From positions 585,065-649,064 of the forward strand of contig CAXRHT010000003.1 in the NCBI GenBank assembly GCA_964230645.1: 64,000 nt of DNA, given 5' to 3'. Position 1 is the first letter of the stretch. Every line of letters starts with the position of its first letter. Made by a program: the position numbers and the translations under genes. The notes below the pieces were generated by a model that did no database searches, was not told the origin of the DNA, and saw only the letters and a program-made list of their open reading frames with translations. Below are positions 45,505-55,120 of this stretch, in pieces. Origin of the DNA: Bdellovibrionales bacterium (GTDB lineage: Bacteria; Bdellovibrionota; Bdellovibrionia; Bdellovibrionales; JAGQZY01).

Positions 45505-46659
45505 CTAAAGGTTTTTAAATCGATCGATAATTATCGAAAGTGACTCTTTAGCTTGCCGAAAAACTTTTTTTCTCCACTCAGGGTCTGAAGGATTGAACAT
45601 CTCTTTGAAAAGTTCCTTCACTCTTTTTTCTGAGGCTTCATCAGCATAACCATAACGAAAGCCTTGATTTTCGTAAATCATATTTCGAAGAGACCGAAAT
45701 CCACCCAAGGTGGTTTGCGAGTTAAGGGTGCCGAACTCAAAAGTCATGGGGATAATAATTTCTTTTTCTTTAAAGAGACGAAAACTAAAGGTGCCAAAGT
45801 CTCCAGATGTTCTATAAAAATCTTTGTCGGCGCCAAAATCCAAATCGAAACCTTTAAAGAGTGTCTTGAAGCCGGACGCTTCGGCTAAACGGCGGTCAGA
45901 AAAAAAATGCAGCTGCCCACGTCTGCCGTAACCCGTGTGTAAATCAATATGGACGATTTTATTGTAGGGATTTCCAAAGTGCTTAAAGACTTTTTCAATC
46001 ACTTTTACATTCTCTTGTATTTTCTGTCCGCCATAATAAATTCCCTTGGGATTTTGGTACTGGCCACCCACGGCAATTTGAGCGATTTGTTTGCGTCCAT
46101 AAAAGAATAATTTTTTAAGAGACTGTAAAAATAGCACGGCATCGTTGATATAACTGGCATTGAGTTCTTCTTCTGGATTTAAGTATTCATCAAAAACCTT
46201 GTAGGCCGTTATCCTAGAATCAAAATGCTCCTGTGTCGCCGAATAATTGCGATTAAGATCCACATTGTTTTCATTTACTCGCCTCTTGAATTGATAACCA
46301 TAGGGATTCACAGCGTGAACTATAAGTATCCCCATATGATCAAGCCAAGAAGGCTCAAAGTAATTGCTCAAGAAATCAAACTGCAAGGCACTTCCCACAA
46401 AAGCTTCAATCCCATGGGTACCGGAAGTGATAATTAAAAGTCTTTCTGTTTCGCCCCCGTTTTGAGGCAGATAAAGCACGTCAGTGGTCAGTAGCATTTT
46501 CGTTTGAGTCGGAATGCTAAAATTTTGGATCTGCGCACTAGGTATCTTTTCTTGCAGGCTTTCGCCCAGCTCTAAAAAGTGATCTCGACTTTCTATATAG
46601 GACTCTGGAACAAATTGGGCATAGAGGGGTAAAAATAAGCAAAAAATAAAATGGATCAT
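45505..46659 (-). CDS. M14-family zinc carboxypeptidase-like protein (DUF2817-type)
   Basis: SGTHGIE (HxxE), HAVNPYG, RRVNENNVDLNRN, IDLHTGYG, TFEFGT; likely start ATG 46659 with signal peptide. Confidence 0.75.
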   Translation of the reverse strand: MIHFIFCLFLPLYAQFVPESYIESRDHFLELGESLQEKIPSAQIQNFSIPTQTKMLLTTDVLYLPQNGGETERLLIITSGTHGIEAFVGSALQFDFLSNYFEPSWLDHMGILIVHAVNPYGYQFKRRVNENNVDLNRNYSATQEHFDSRITAYKVFDEYLNPEEELNASYINDAVLFLQSLKKLFFYGRKQIAQIAVGGQYQNPKGIYYGGQKIQENVKVIEKVFKHFGNPYNKIVHIDLHTGYGRRGQLHFFSDRRLAEASGFKTLFKGFDLDFGADKDFYRTSGDFGTFSFRLFKEKEIIIPMTFEFGTLNSQTTLGGFRSLRNMIYENQGFRYGYADEASEKRVKELFKEMFNPSDPEWRKKVFRQAKESLSIIIDRFKNL

Positions 46660-46927
46660 TTCTCCATGAAATCTTTCAAGCTTACTAGGGTCAAGCTCCG
46701 AGCCGAAAAGCAAAAGTCTGCAAATACGACCTCAATAGACGTGATTTGAGCCCCCAAAATGAGTATTTTTTAACAAATATTGCGAAGGGATAAGCGCTAA
46801 GCCATTAATAATAAAGAAAAAAGCCGGCTGACGAAGTCTTTGGTCGGAAGTTTAGAATAAGGTTGAAACTTACATATGTTCTTTTTAGAGTAAAATTTAA
46901 GGTTCTTAAACTGAGCCGGGGGTAATT

Positions 46928-47455
46928 ATGTTTAAGTCAATCGTCGTCGTTTTTTTGTTACTAGCTATAGGGGCCTGCTCTTCTCCTAAGAAAGGGCTTT
47001 CAAAAACAAAACGCCAGGTGGCCCAAAGCCGTGCTGAGAGTTCGCCTTCTAGTTTGAAGCAAAGATTTCTCGAACAAACGAGATTAAAAGAAAATCGTGA
47101 TTATTTTCCAACAAACCAAAATGAAGCCGCTCCCTGCTTAGAGGGTACTCTTGAGGTTTTAGAAATCGATGGAGAATCTTTATCAATTCGAATTGGTGGA
47201 CGTTTGCTCGTTAGCCAAATCCAAGCCGGCGAAAGTCGTGAGCAGTATCAGGAAAGAGAGTGCCGCTATCGTCAGACCACCCGGTGGGACAATAAAACCA
47301 TTACCATGGATAAGCGTCGCATTTGTGGAGAGACAAAGTATTTAACAAAACTGGAAGTTCAAATCGACTCGCCGACAAGTCTTCAATACAAACTTGAGAC
47401 CTTCGAGAACAAAAACTTGGAATTAAAGACGACTTGTCAACTGGAGGCTGAATAA
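46928..47455 (+). CDS. Hypothetical lipoprotein
   Basis: Lipobox IGAC; 2 bp before the next gene. Confidence 0.7.
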   Translation: MFKSIVVVFLLLAIGACSSPKKGLSKTKRQVAQSRAESSPSSLKQRFLEQTRLKENRDYFPTNQNEAAPCLEGTLEVLEIDGESLSIRIGGRLLVSQIQAGESREQYQERECRYRQTTRWDNKTITMDKRRICGETKYLTKLEVQIDSPTSLQYKLETFENKNLELKTTCQLEAE

Positions 47456-47457
47456 TC

Positions 47458-48096
47458 ATGAAATTTGCCTCCATCGTATTTTTAATTTTTCTAGTGTCTC
47501 AATCTGCATTTGGGGAAACCACAACCTCTGGAGCAGGGCAGGCGCCTGTTCCTGCGGGAGTTAGTATCAACCCGTCAAGTTATGGAATGGCCAGGGCTTG
47601 TAATAATTTTGTTAACAACAACGGCTTGGGTACCTATGGTCGACAATTACAATCGGCACTGGGACGAGTGGGAACGAGTTGCTTTTTTAGCGGTGGAATT
47701 AATTTTACCAATCTTTGCCCCAACTACAATTCGTTTAATAACGGTAGAAAGATGCAGTTTATTGCCTTTCTTTTTGCCTCAATGGCTTTTTACGAATCTA
47801 GCTGTAATCCACGGGCTCAGGCGCAAGGGACCAACGATATCGCTGATGGACTGTTACAACTCGAATACTCGCAAAGTCAAAGAAGAGATGCGGGCAGAAA
47901 TGCTGTTCACTGTGCGACCAACCGTGGAGTCAACACTCAAGACATTGGCTTTCAAATGGAGTGTGGTGCTTCAATTTTCAAAGACGGCTATTGTGGTACC
48001 GGCCGAATTCCCGGGAGCCACTCGTGGTACTGGCAAAAGCTCAACGGGAATCGCAGTATCACACGTATGGCCCGACGCTTTCCTTTTTGCAGTTAA
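47458..48096 (+). CDS. Secreted lysozyme-like/lytic transglycosylase (SLT-type) protein
   Basis: Signal peptide; MAFYESSCNPRA (catalytic ES) and GLLQL motifs; Cys-rich. Confidence 0.65.
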   Translation: MKFASIVFLIFLVSQSAFGETTTSGAGQAPVPAGVSINPSSYGMARACNNFVNNNGLGTYGRQLQSALGRVGTSCFFSGGINFTNLCPNYNSFNNGRKMQFIAFLFASMAFYESSCNPRAQAQGTNDIADGLLQLEYSQSQRRDAGRNAVHCATNRGVNTQDIGFQMECGASIFKDGYCGTGRIPGSHSWYWQKLNGNRSITRMARRFPFCS

Positions 48097-48111
48097 TTTA
48101 CCTAACTTCCA

Positions 48112-49098
48112 CTAGTTATTGCCAAAGACAACGGGCTCATTGGAGCTCGATGTGGTGGGGCTAGCAGGCTGGCTAGGTGTAGAGCTTTGGTTGTGTTGAT
48201 CAACCTGATAAGCTGTAAGACCAACGGCCACGACTGAGAGGCCGATCCAAAACCATTTGTTTTCATAAAATTTGGGTCCTTTTTTCCTCTTTTCTTTGGG
48301 AAAAGATAAAGCCGAATCACTTGTGGGTAAGCCAGCCAATTGTGTTTGAGCGCTGCCAGTACAGCCTTGATCAAATAGAGTAAGCTTAGTCTGAGTTAGA
48401 GAATCTGTGTTAAAAATAGGATTGTGGCAGCCTCCCGTTACTAATGGAATCATTGGTAGTCTCACCTCACCCAACTCGCTGGCTTTTAGTTGAAAACTTT
48501 GAGGCCGCCACTTGTTGGAATAAAAACTAATTCTAAGAGGTCCGAGTTCTTTTTTTAAAAAGCCAGAAGAAAAGTCTACTTTTTGTCCATTCACAAAAAC
48601 TTGATCAAACTTTTCGGTGTTCTTAGGAAGAGCCCAAACTTGGGTTTTTAGCTTTTCTTTGAGTCGCTTTCTTTTCGCAATAAGAGGTGGAGGGAAAAGC
48701 TCTTGATTGGCACTGGATTTGGAATCAAAAGCTAGGGAAAGGCGGAGAGTCTCAGTCTGTTTTTGTTTATTCTTTTGAAGTTGAGCCAGGCGTAAAAAGG
48801 AGTAGTTAATAATATCCCTTTGTTCTGTGTTCCAGTCCTCCTTAAAACTAAGATCCACAATTTTTTGAAATTGACCGCGAGCCTTATCTAGAGAGCCTTT
48901 TAAAAATTCAAATTGCGCTTGTTTTAGCAGTTCACCAAGTCTGGCGTCCTTCGATTTTTTTTGAAACAAATGATCAACAAAACTTATTTTATCGGTGTTT
49001 TCGTTAATATACTTTTGGTACTCAAGATCATGGCTCTGCTCGGATTGAACCATTACATCTGCAGCAAATAGATTAAAGATAAATAAGCAAACAATCAT
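48112..49098 (-). CDS. Exported hypothetical protein with C-terminal TM (Tad locus-associated)
   Basis: Signal peptide, TPR-like helices, FPPP motif, KFYENKWFWIGL anchor; ATGA overlap with the upstream gene. Confidence 0.6.
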   Translation of the reverse strand: MIVCLFIFNLFAADVMVQSEQSHDLEYQKYINENTDKISFVDHLFQKKSKDARLGELLKQAQFEFLKGSLDKARGQFQKIVDLSFKEDWNTEQRDIINYSFLRLAQLQKNKQKQTETLRLSLAFDSKSSANQELFPPPLIAKRKRLKEKLKTQVWALPKNTEKFDQVFVNGQKVDFSSGFLKKELGPLRISFYSNKWRPQSFQLKASELGEVRLPMIPLVTGGCHNPIFNTDSLTQTKLTLFDQGCTGSAQTQLAGLPTSDSALSFPKEKRKKGPKFYENKWFWIGLSVVAVGLTAYQVDQHNQSSTPSQPASPTTSSSNEPVVFGNN

Positions 49099-49634
49099 AA
49101 ACTCTCCCATTCATAGACAATCTGTCTTTTTGGTTTTGCCTTTTTAGGAGTAACAACTTTCGTGCCAAGCACCTTCGGATTGCGAATGGCGACTGTAAAT
49201 TCTCCACGGTAGCTTGTAATGGGTGCAGCTTCTTGGTCGCTTAATAAAACGTAGAAAAATCGGGGGTTTCCGGGGGCTTTCGCAATTTTTACGGCGTAGG
49301 CCAGTTTTTTTGATTTTTCTGTGGGGTTTAATGGGGTGGTGTAGAGGTCCACAACTCCAAAATGTCCGATAGTTCGGTCCAAAGATTCGTAATTTGCAAC
49401 AGTAATCTGGAGCAAAATCTTCCCATCCGGAACAAATGTGTCCATAGCGATGGGCTTTCCGGATTTTTGTTTTAAAGGCTCCGGTGCTTCTTCATATTGC
49501 AACCCGTAAGAAAGTCCCCCTAAAACGAGAGCCACACCTAAAAATACGGCTAAAACTTCTTTGGGGTGAGATTCCGGCTCAGTGAGCCACTCTTTTAACT
49601 TTATAGTGATTGTATTGGTGTTTAATTTTGCCAT
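49095..49634 (-). CDS. CpaB/RcpC-like Flp pilus assembly protein
   Basis: TM, then VPDGK..GVVDLY..VAIRNP resembling the RcpC domain; located in the flp/tad cluster. Confidence 0.5.
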   Translation of the reverse strand: MAKLNTNTITIKLKEWLTEPESHPKEVLAVFLGVALVLGGLSYGLQYEEAPEPLKQKSGKPIAMDTFVPDGKILLQITVANYESLDRTIGHFGVVDLYTTPLNPTEKSKKLAYAVKIAKAPGNPRFFYVLLSDQEAAPITSYRGEFTVAIRNPKVLGTKVVTPKKAKPKRQIVYEWESL

Positions 49635-49728
49635 GACATTCCTCCAAAGTGATAAGAAATAAACTTATAAAAAAAGCGATGATAACGGTTTCTACCAGAG
49701 ACTGGCCTCTCCGATGACGGGGTACCAT
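49579..49728 (-). CDS. Very short TadE-like pseudopilin (49 aa)
   Basis: AGGAGG RBS before ATG 49728; RRG|QSLVETVIIAFFISLFL prepilin motif. Confidence 0.6.
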   Translation of the reverse strand: MVPRHRRGQSLVETVIIAFFISLFLITLEECHGKIKHQYNHYKVKRVAH

Positions 49729-50405
49729 GTAAGACCTCCTTTGTTTGTGGGGTGAGAGGCACACTCTCCGACCCATTGATTTTGACCTGTGAAATAAGAT
49801 TGAAGCCAACGAGGGAAAAAGTTACTCAAAGGAATTCTCCACTCAGCTTTCATGGTTTGTGCTGCTTTATGATGGACAGGACGTTTGTAGACGGAGGCAA
49901 TGTCCTTTATTCGAATCTTCACCTGAGATTGTTTGGGGTATATATGAAGTTCAGGAGCTCGATACTCCGTAGTCTTCCATAGAGACGCCATATCTTGAAT
50001 TTTATGATAAAAGTTTCGGCGAAAATCGTACACAGAGGTCTGCGACCTTGAATTCATTTGAGTGATAATACTTTGTTGAATTCCGGCCACTCTCTTTTGC
50101 TCCGCTTTAACGGTGACGTAACCAGCTGAGGCCGCAAGGACCACCCAAGGGTTGGGAGACTTCATAAGCTTTTTTAAAATCCTCTTGGCTATTATAAGGC
50201 TGTAAGCTTCCATATTGTAGGAAAGTAGATTCGTATTTCCCTCCACTAAAATTTCCTGACTTCTTAAAAGACTTTCGTGGCAGAGATTTTCAATACGGTT
50301 GCGCTGATTCATAAACCACACCATCCACATACCAGAAAAAAGCAAGGTAAAGACAATCGGTAATATAAGAATAAGATAAACTTGAGCCATTCCTTTGTTA
50401 TTCAT
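49692..50405 (-). CDS. TadG-like pseudopilin
   Basis: MNNKG|MAQVYLILILP hydrophobic N-terminus; located in the flp locus. Confidence 0.55.
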   Translation of the reverse strand: MNNKGMAQVYLILILPIVFTLLFSGMWMVWFMNQRNRIENLCHESLLRSQEILVEGNTNLLSYNMEAYSLIIAKRILKKLMKSPNPWVVLAASAGYVTVKAEQKRVAGIQQSIITQMNSRSQTSVYDFRRNFYHKIQDMASLWKTTEYRAPELHIYPKQSQVKIRIKDIASVYKRPVHHKAAQTMKAEWRIPLSNFFPRWLQSYFTGQNQWVGECASHPTNKGGLTWYPVIGEASLW

Positions 50406-50764
50406 TAGTGTTCCCCGAAGTCTTCTGCTTTTAAGGGGCGAGACCACTCGTAGCTAAAAAGTTTGTGGTCAAGAAAAGGAGTGGAGAGTTCACTTTCAAA
50501 ACGAAGTTGAAAAGCATTGTAAAAAATATGAATGGAATGGACCTCAAGAAAGGGAACTTGATTAACGTGATCACGAAACTGAGACTCACAAAAATGGCGA
50601 CCCTTGCCTTTTTCCAGACAGAGGGCGGTCTGGTAAGACTGGAAATCAATATAGTAAAAGCTAATAAAGGCATAGCCTAAGCCCACCAGTCCCACCAAAA
50701 GAAGCTTGAAAAAAGGAGCCAATACGATCGCCTCAACGAGCGCTTGGCCTTTTTCATTTCCCAT
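50405..50764 (-). CDS. TadE-like pseudopilin
   Basis: MGNEKG|QALVEAIVLAP motif. Confidence 0.65.
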   Translation of the reverse strand: MGNEKGQALVEAIVLAPFFKLLLVGLVGLGYAFISFYYIDFQSYQTALCLEKGKGRHFCESQFRDHVNQVPFLEVHSIHIFYNAFQLRFESELSTPFLDHKLFSYEWSRPLKAEDFGEH

Positions 50765-50765
50765 T

Positions 50766-51020
50766 TTATCGACCCTGAGAAACGGCGCCATGAAAGAAGT
50801 CGGACATATCTTTCTTCTTAATATCGGACTCTTCGATTTGTTCCATTTCAATGCTGATCCCAGCTCTTGAGCCCTGAAGGGTCTGAGTGATGCTGGCTAT
50901 TTTCTTACTTGTTGTATTTGATAGAAGCCTCATCATCCCCATAGTGGCCACTGCCATTAACGCGACGATGACCATATACTCCACAAGGCCCTGTCCTTTT
51001 TTGTTTTTCAATAGTTTCAT
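50766..51020 (-). CDS. Flp family type IVb pilin
   Basis: AAGGAG RBS; KKG|QGLVEYMVIVALMAV Flp motif (G|xxxxEY). Confidence 0.8.
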   Translation of the reverse strand: MKLLKNKKGQGLVEYMVIVALMAVATMGMMRLLSNTTSKKIASITQTLQGSRAGISIEMEQIEESDIKKKDMSDFFHGAVSQGR

Positions 51021-51156
51021 AATGCATTCTCCTTTTTGTTTAAAAAGAAGATGTGCAAATAGGGGAGGCATGGGCTTTAGAGCCTATGAGAAATTTAAGT
51101 CATTTAGTCCGAAATCTGGCCGGACTTATAAGATGGGAAGAGTTTTCGAAAAAGAC

Positions 51157-51381
51157 TTAGTCCGTCTTCTTTTTACCTGAGCGACTTTTCTTTTTGGCTT
51201 TGGCTTCTTGGCGCTTTTGACTAATGTTGTCAATAATTTCGAAGGCCTCTGTGCGGAGATCATTTTCGTAGATGAAACGATAGAAACCTTCGATCTCGGG
51301 GCTTTGGCGGAACTTTTTTAGGGACGCGGGGATCGATGGGGCATCGCTATCGGAATTGGATTTACTTTTCTTTCTTGCCAC
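51157..51381 (-). CDS. Small basic hypothetical protein
   Basis: AAGGAG RBS, GTG start; core FRQSPEIEGFYRFIYENDLR with Lys-rich ends. Confidence 0.65.
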   Translation of the reverse strand: MARKKSKSNSDSDAPSIPASLKKFRQSPEIEGFYRFIYENDLRTEAFEIIDNISQKRQEAKAKKKSRSGKKKTD

Positions 51382-51526
51382 GAGCGCTCCTTTTTGTGCT
51401 CACAATCTAGCACAGTCGCCTCTGGGGTCAAGTTTAATAGACTTTAAGAAAGCCAGCTTTGGGGCGTGACATCAGGAAAGGAAGGGCTTAAAAATCAGCC
51501 CTACACAAATTCTTGAAGGAGCGATT

Positions 51527-52384
51527 TTGCTAAAGCTGGATGGCCGAGCCTATGCAGGTGAGTTAAGAGAGAGCCTCAAGGGGCGAGTTGAAAACTTCCA
51601 AAGCACCACTGGAATTACGCCCTGTTTAGCCGTGGTTCTAGTGGGTGATGATCCTGCCAGCCAAGTTTATGTGTCTCACAAAATCAAAGCCTGCAAAAAA
51701 GCGGGAATTCAATCCATTGAAAAAAGACTGGCTGCTGACACCAAAGAGGAAGAGCTTATATCTGTGGTGGAGGCCTTAAACAATGATCCAAGCGTTCATG
51801 GCATCCTGGTTCAGCTTCCTTTGCCGGAAAATATCAACGAAGAACGCGTGATCGATAGTATCTCTGCTCTTAAAGACGCCGATGGGTTAAGTGTCGAAAA
51901 TCTAGGTTTACTCCTTTCCGGGCGTAAAAGAGTGGCCCCCTGTACACCCAGCGGGGTGATTGAGCTTCTAAAAAGAAACGAAATTGAAATTTCTGGAAAG
52001 CGAGCTGTGGTTGTGGGGCGAAGTCAAATTGTGGGTAAACCCATGGCCCTTCTTCTTTTGCAGGAAAACGCCACAGTCACTATTTGTCATTCGCGGACCA
52101 AAGATATGCGGGCTCATCTAAAAGAAGCCGACCTCGTAGTGGTGGCCGCCGGGCGCCCCGAGTTTTTAGGAAGAGATGACTTTAAAAAGGGAAGTGTTGT
52201 GGTTGATGTGGGAATCCATCGCAAAGAAAATGGAAAACTTTGTGGAGATGTCCGAGCCGATGAGGTTACAGACATCGTTTCCGCTCTCTCTCCTGTGCCC
52301 GGAGGTGTGGGGCCGATGACCATTGCTATGCTTTTAGAAAATACGTTGAAGTTAGCCAAACTGCACGGGGAGAAAAATCAATGA
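51527..52384 (+). CDS. folD: Methylenetetrahydrofolate dehydrogenase/cyclohydrolase
   Basis: VGDDPASQVYV, GILVQLPLP, PCTPSG, GRSQIVGKP, PVPGGVGPMT. Confidence 0.96.
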   Translation: MLKLDGRAYAGELRESLKGRVENFQSTTGITPCLAVVLVGDDPASQVYVSHKIKACKKAGIQSIEKRLAADTKEEELISVVEALNNDPSVHGILVQLPLPENINEERVIDSISALKDADGLSVENLGLLLSGRKRVAPCTPSGVIELLKRNEIEISGKRAVVVGRSQIVGKPMALLLLQENATVTICHSRTKDMRAHLKEADLVVVAAGRPEFLGRDDFKKGSVVVDVGIHRKENGKLCGDVRADEVTDIVSALSPVPGGVGPMTIAMLLENTLKLAKLHGEKNQ

Positions 52385-53472
52385 GTGAAAATATTAAGAA
52401 AACACCTATGGAAGCCACTCATATCGAGCAAGGCGGAAAAATGGTTGAATTTGCTGGCTGGAATATGCCTGTGCAGTTCGAGGGGATTAAACAAGAACAC
52501 AATCATGTGCGCACAAGTGTTGGCCTTTTTGATGTGTCCCACATGGGAGAAATACGTGTTCGTGGAAGAGAGGCTTTAAAAACTCTGCAGTGGTTAACCA
52601 CAAATGATGTTTCAAAACTCACCAAAGGAAAGGCTCAGTACACCCTTTTTCCCAATGAACAGGGCGGAATCGTCGATGATCTTATTGTCTACTGTTTAGA
52701 ACCCAATGAAGACTATCTCCTCTGTGTGAATGCATCCAACACAGAGAAGGATTTCAATTTCCTCAGCAAAAACAACCGCGGGGCGATCATAGAAAATGAA
52801 AGCGAGCAGTGGGCGCAGATTGCCATTCAAGGTCCCAAAGCCATGGAGACCCTCGGCCAAGTGGCGCCAGTGGATATGAGTGACTGCGGAAGCTTTGAAT
52901 TTAAAGATTGGGAGAGTGAAGAGTTTGGGCTCTGTTATATCGCTAAGACGGGCTACACAGGCGAAGAGGGAGTGGAGATTTTTGTCCCCTGGGATAAAGC
53001 CAATGCACTTTGGAAAACTTTTTTTGAAAAAGAGCCAGAGGTAAAGGCCATCGGTCTTGGAGCTCGCGACACCCTGAGAACAGAGATGAAATTTCCCCTT
53101 TATGGCCAGGAGATCACCGATCTCACCAACCCTTACGAGGCAGGCCTTGGCTGGGTCGTAAAGCCTGACAAAGGTGATTTTCTTGGAAAATCCGAAATGT
53201 TAGAAGCTAAGAAAAAAGGATTGAAGAGGAAACTGGTAGGCCTTGAGGTCACCGGCAAAGGTATCGCCCGACCCGGTTACAAGGTCTTTTCCGTTGACAG
53301 TGAAGAAATGGGTGTTGTAACGAGTGGTACTTTCTCACCAAGTTTAGACAAAGCCATAGCCGTTGCCTTTGTGGATAAAGACGCAAGCGCGATAGGCACA
53401 AAGCTTCTTGTAGAAATGCGGAAGAAAATGATAGAAGCTGTGGTAGTAAAAACGCCCTTTTATAAGAAGTAG
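52381..53472 (+). CDS. gcvT: Glycine cleavage aminomethyltransferase T
   Basis: FAGWNMPVQF, GLFDVSHMGE, TGYTGEEG, GLGARDTLR. Confidence 0.95.
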   Translation: MSENIKKTPMEATHIEQGGKMVEFAGWNMPVQFEGIKQEHNHVRTSVGLFDVSHMGEIRVRGREALKTLQWLTTNDVSKLTKGKAQYTLFPNEQGGIVDDLIVYCLEPNEDYLLCVNASNTEKDFNFLSKNNRGAIIENESEQWAQIAIQGPKAMETLGQVAPVDMSDCGSFEFKDWESEEFGLCYIAKTGYTGEEGVEIFVPWDKANALWKTFFEKEPEVKAIGLGARDTLRTEMKFPLYGQEITDLTNPYEAGLGWVVKPDKGDFLGKSEMLEAKKKGLKRKLVGLEVTGKGIARPGYKVFSVDSEEMGVVTSGTFSPSLDKAIAVAFVDKDASAIGTKLLVEMRKKMIEAVVVKTPFYKK

Positions 53473-53484
53473 AGGAGTTCGCAA

Positions 53485-53871
53485 ATGGCCTATGTTCCAG
53501 AGGAATACTATTACACAAAAGATCACGAATGGGCTCAAGTGGATGAGAACGTGGTCACAGTCGGCATCACCGAGTATGCTCAAGAGCAGCTTGGAGAAGT
53601 GGTTTATGTGGATCTTCCAGAAGAAGGTCAGAAAGTCACCCAAGACGAGAGTTTTGGAGCTGTAGAAAGTGTAAAAGCCGCCAGTGACCTTATTGCTCCA
53701 GTTTCTGGTACAGTCATCGAGGTCAACGACTCTCACTCTGAAGACACAGGGCTCATTAATGATGACCCTATGAATGACGGGTGGTTAATTCGTATCGAAA
53801 TGGATACTGAAAAAGAGTTAGCAGCCTTGTTAAAAGCCCCCGATTACAAAAAGCTCATTGAGAAAAAGTAA
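53485..53871 (+). CDS. gcvH: Glycine cleavage H protein
   Basis: DHEW, VGITEYAQEQLG, VESVKAAS (lipoyl-Lys). Confidence 0.95.
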   Translation: MAYVPEEYYYTKDHEWAQVDENVVTVGITEYAQEQLGEVVYVDLPEEGQKVTQDESFGAVESVKAASDLIAPVSGTVIEVNDSHSEDTGLINDDPMNDGWLIRIEMDTEKELAALLKAPDYKKLIEKK

Positions 53872-53942
53872 TTTTTAGGGCATGTTGATTCGGTTTCCGT
53901 CGCTCCGAACAAAAAAGCGTCGATACATTTTTTCTTGTCAAC

Positions 53943-54027
53943 GCGCTTGTGGTGGAATTGGCAGACACGCTAGACTTAGGATCTAGTGCCGAAAGGCGTG
54001 GGGGTTCGACTCCCTCCAGGCGCACCA
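53943..54027 (+). tRNA. tRNA-Leu (anticodon TAG)
   Basis: GCGCTTG acceptor stem, D-arm GGAATTGGCAGAC, CTAGA-CTTAGGA-TCTAG anticodon arm, long variable arm, GGTTCGACTCC T-arm, encoded CCA. Confidence 0.97.
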
Positions 54028-54337
54028 ATCGCAAATGTCTCCGACATTTGCTCCCGAGCTCGGATCTCTGATATCTGAGCTCAGAGCTCTGAGAAGCTCA
54101 AAACTTGGATTCCAAAATTATTCCACGCAAAGACAATCCAGGATCCCGTGTACGGGCCCCTGAATACTGGATTCCGGTACTTTTATCGTTTCCAATAAGG
54201 TGAAATGGTGAAATCTACGGCTCAGCTATAAAATTTGCCTGCTCCGGTTACAGACGCGGTGGAATTCTGAGGGCTTGTGTTTTTCATCTTTATTGTTAAT
54301 ACTCCAGGCCTTCAAGCATGTAGCCCAGGGAGATTTA

Positions 54338-54760
54338 ATGGCGAATTCTGGAAATAAAAACCTTACAACAAAAGAAACTATGGATTCAGATACACCGATC
54401 ACGATATTATGGGACGGCATCTTGTTAATACCTGTCGTAGGGCCGGTCGACTCTCTTCGTGCCAATCGCTTGATGGAGGATATGCTAGAGAGAATTCCTA
54501 AAGATGATACCCGAATTGTAATTTTAGACATATTGGGAGTCTTGGCCGTGGATTCTTCCGTGGCTAACCACTTATTGAAAATGTCAAAAGCCTCGCGGTT
54601 AATGGGGTGTGAGTTTATTATTTCAGGTATTTCTCCAGCCATAGCCCAGTCGATGGTTCAATTAGGGATCGATCTAAGAGATATCGACTCAACGACCACT
54701 GTTAAAGGTGCTTTAGAGCTTGCGTTTGATAAACTGAAACTTGAGGTGAAACCTCGTTAA
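54338..54760 (+). CDS. rsbR: RsbR-like STAS protein lacking an N-terminal sensor domain
   Basis: GGGAG RBS before ATG 54338; TPITILWDGILLIPVVGPVDSLRA, ILDILGV.AVDS.VANHL, SGISPAIAQ. Confidence 0.8.
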   Translation: MANSGNKNLTTKETMDSDTPITILWDGILLIPVVGPVDSLRANRLMEDMLERIPKDDTRIVILDILGVLAVDSSVANHLLKMSKASRLMGCEFIISGISPAIAQSMVQLGIDLRDIDSTTTVKGALELAFDKLKLEVKPR

Positions 54761-54772
54761 AACGGTTACTTT

Positions 54773-55120
54773 ATGACCAGCAATTTTTATACAGTTCAAA
54801 ACTGCTTAGTAGTTTCTTTGACAGACAGGGCCCTTGGGGTTGGACTCCAACCATTATTGGAAACTCTTCTAGAGAATATAAGCCGATCAAAAAGAAAAGG
54901 AATAATTCTAGAGCTCTCGGGTGTGAGTATAATGGACCGGAAAGTGGCTGAGAAAATCAATCAGTTTGTAAATAAACTAGGAATCTTAGGCTTTGCCTGC
55001 GTTTTGTCAGGCTTGAAGCCAGGGACTGTCGGAGCATTGGTAACCCTTGAAATACCTCTGGAAGTAAAAAATATTACGAGGAATGTGGACGAGGCTCTAG
55101 CAATTCTAGGGTGTGGATAG
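54773..55120 (+). CDS. rsbS: RsbS-like STAS protein
   Basis: 115-aa STAS between rsbR and rsbT; GLKP..V..LV.L motif; canonical DS is replaced by DR. Confidence 0.7.
   Translation: MTSNFYTVQNCLVVSLTDRALGVGLQPLLETLLENISRSKRKGIILELSGVSIMDRKVAEKINQFVNKLGILGFACVLSGLKPGTVGALVTLEIPLEVKNITRNVDEALAILGCG

Noticed and set aside
47510-48115. 201-aa alternative-frame ORF over the SLT-like gene
   Set aside because: TTG start, no recognisable motifs, and almost entirely overlapping a better-supported gene.
52381-53871. gcvP missing after gcvT-gcvH
   Set aside because: Split gcv operons are common and gcvP may lie elsewhere; this cannot be judged from the window.
54050-54180. Cluster of short palindromes (GAGCTC etc.) after the tRNA
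   Set aside because: No regular period or recognisable RNA motif; may be terminator/processing hairpins or chance.
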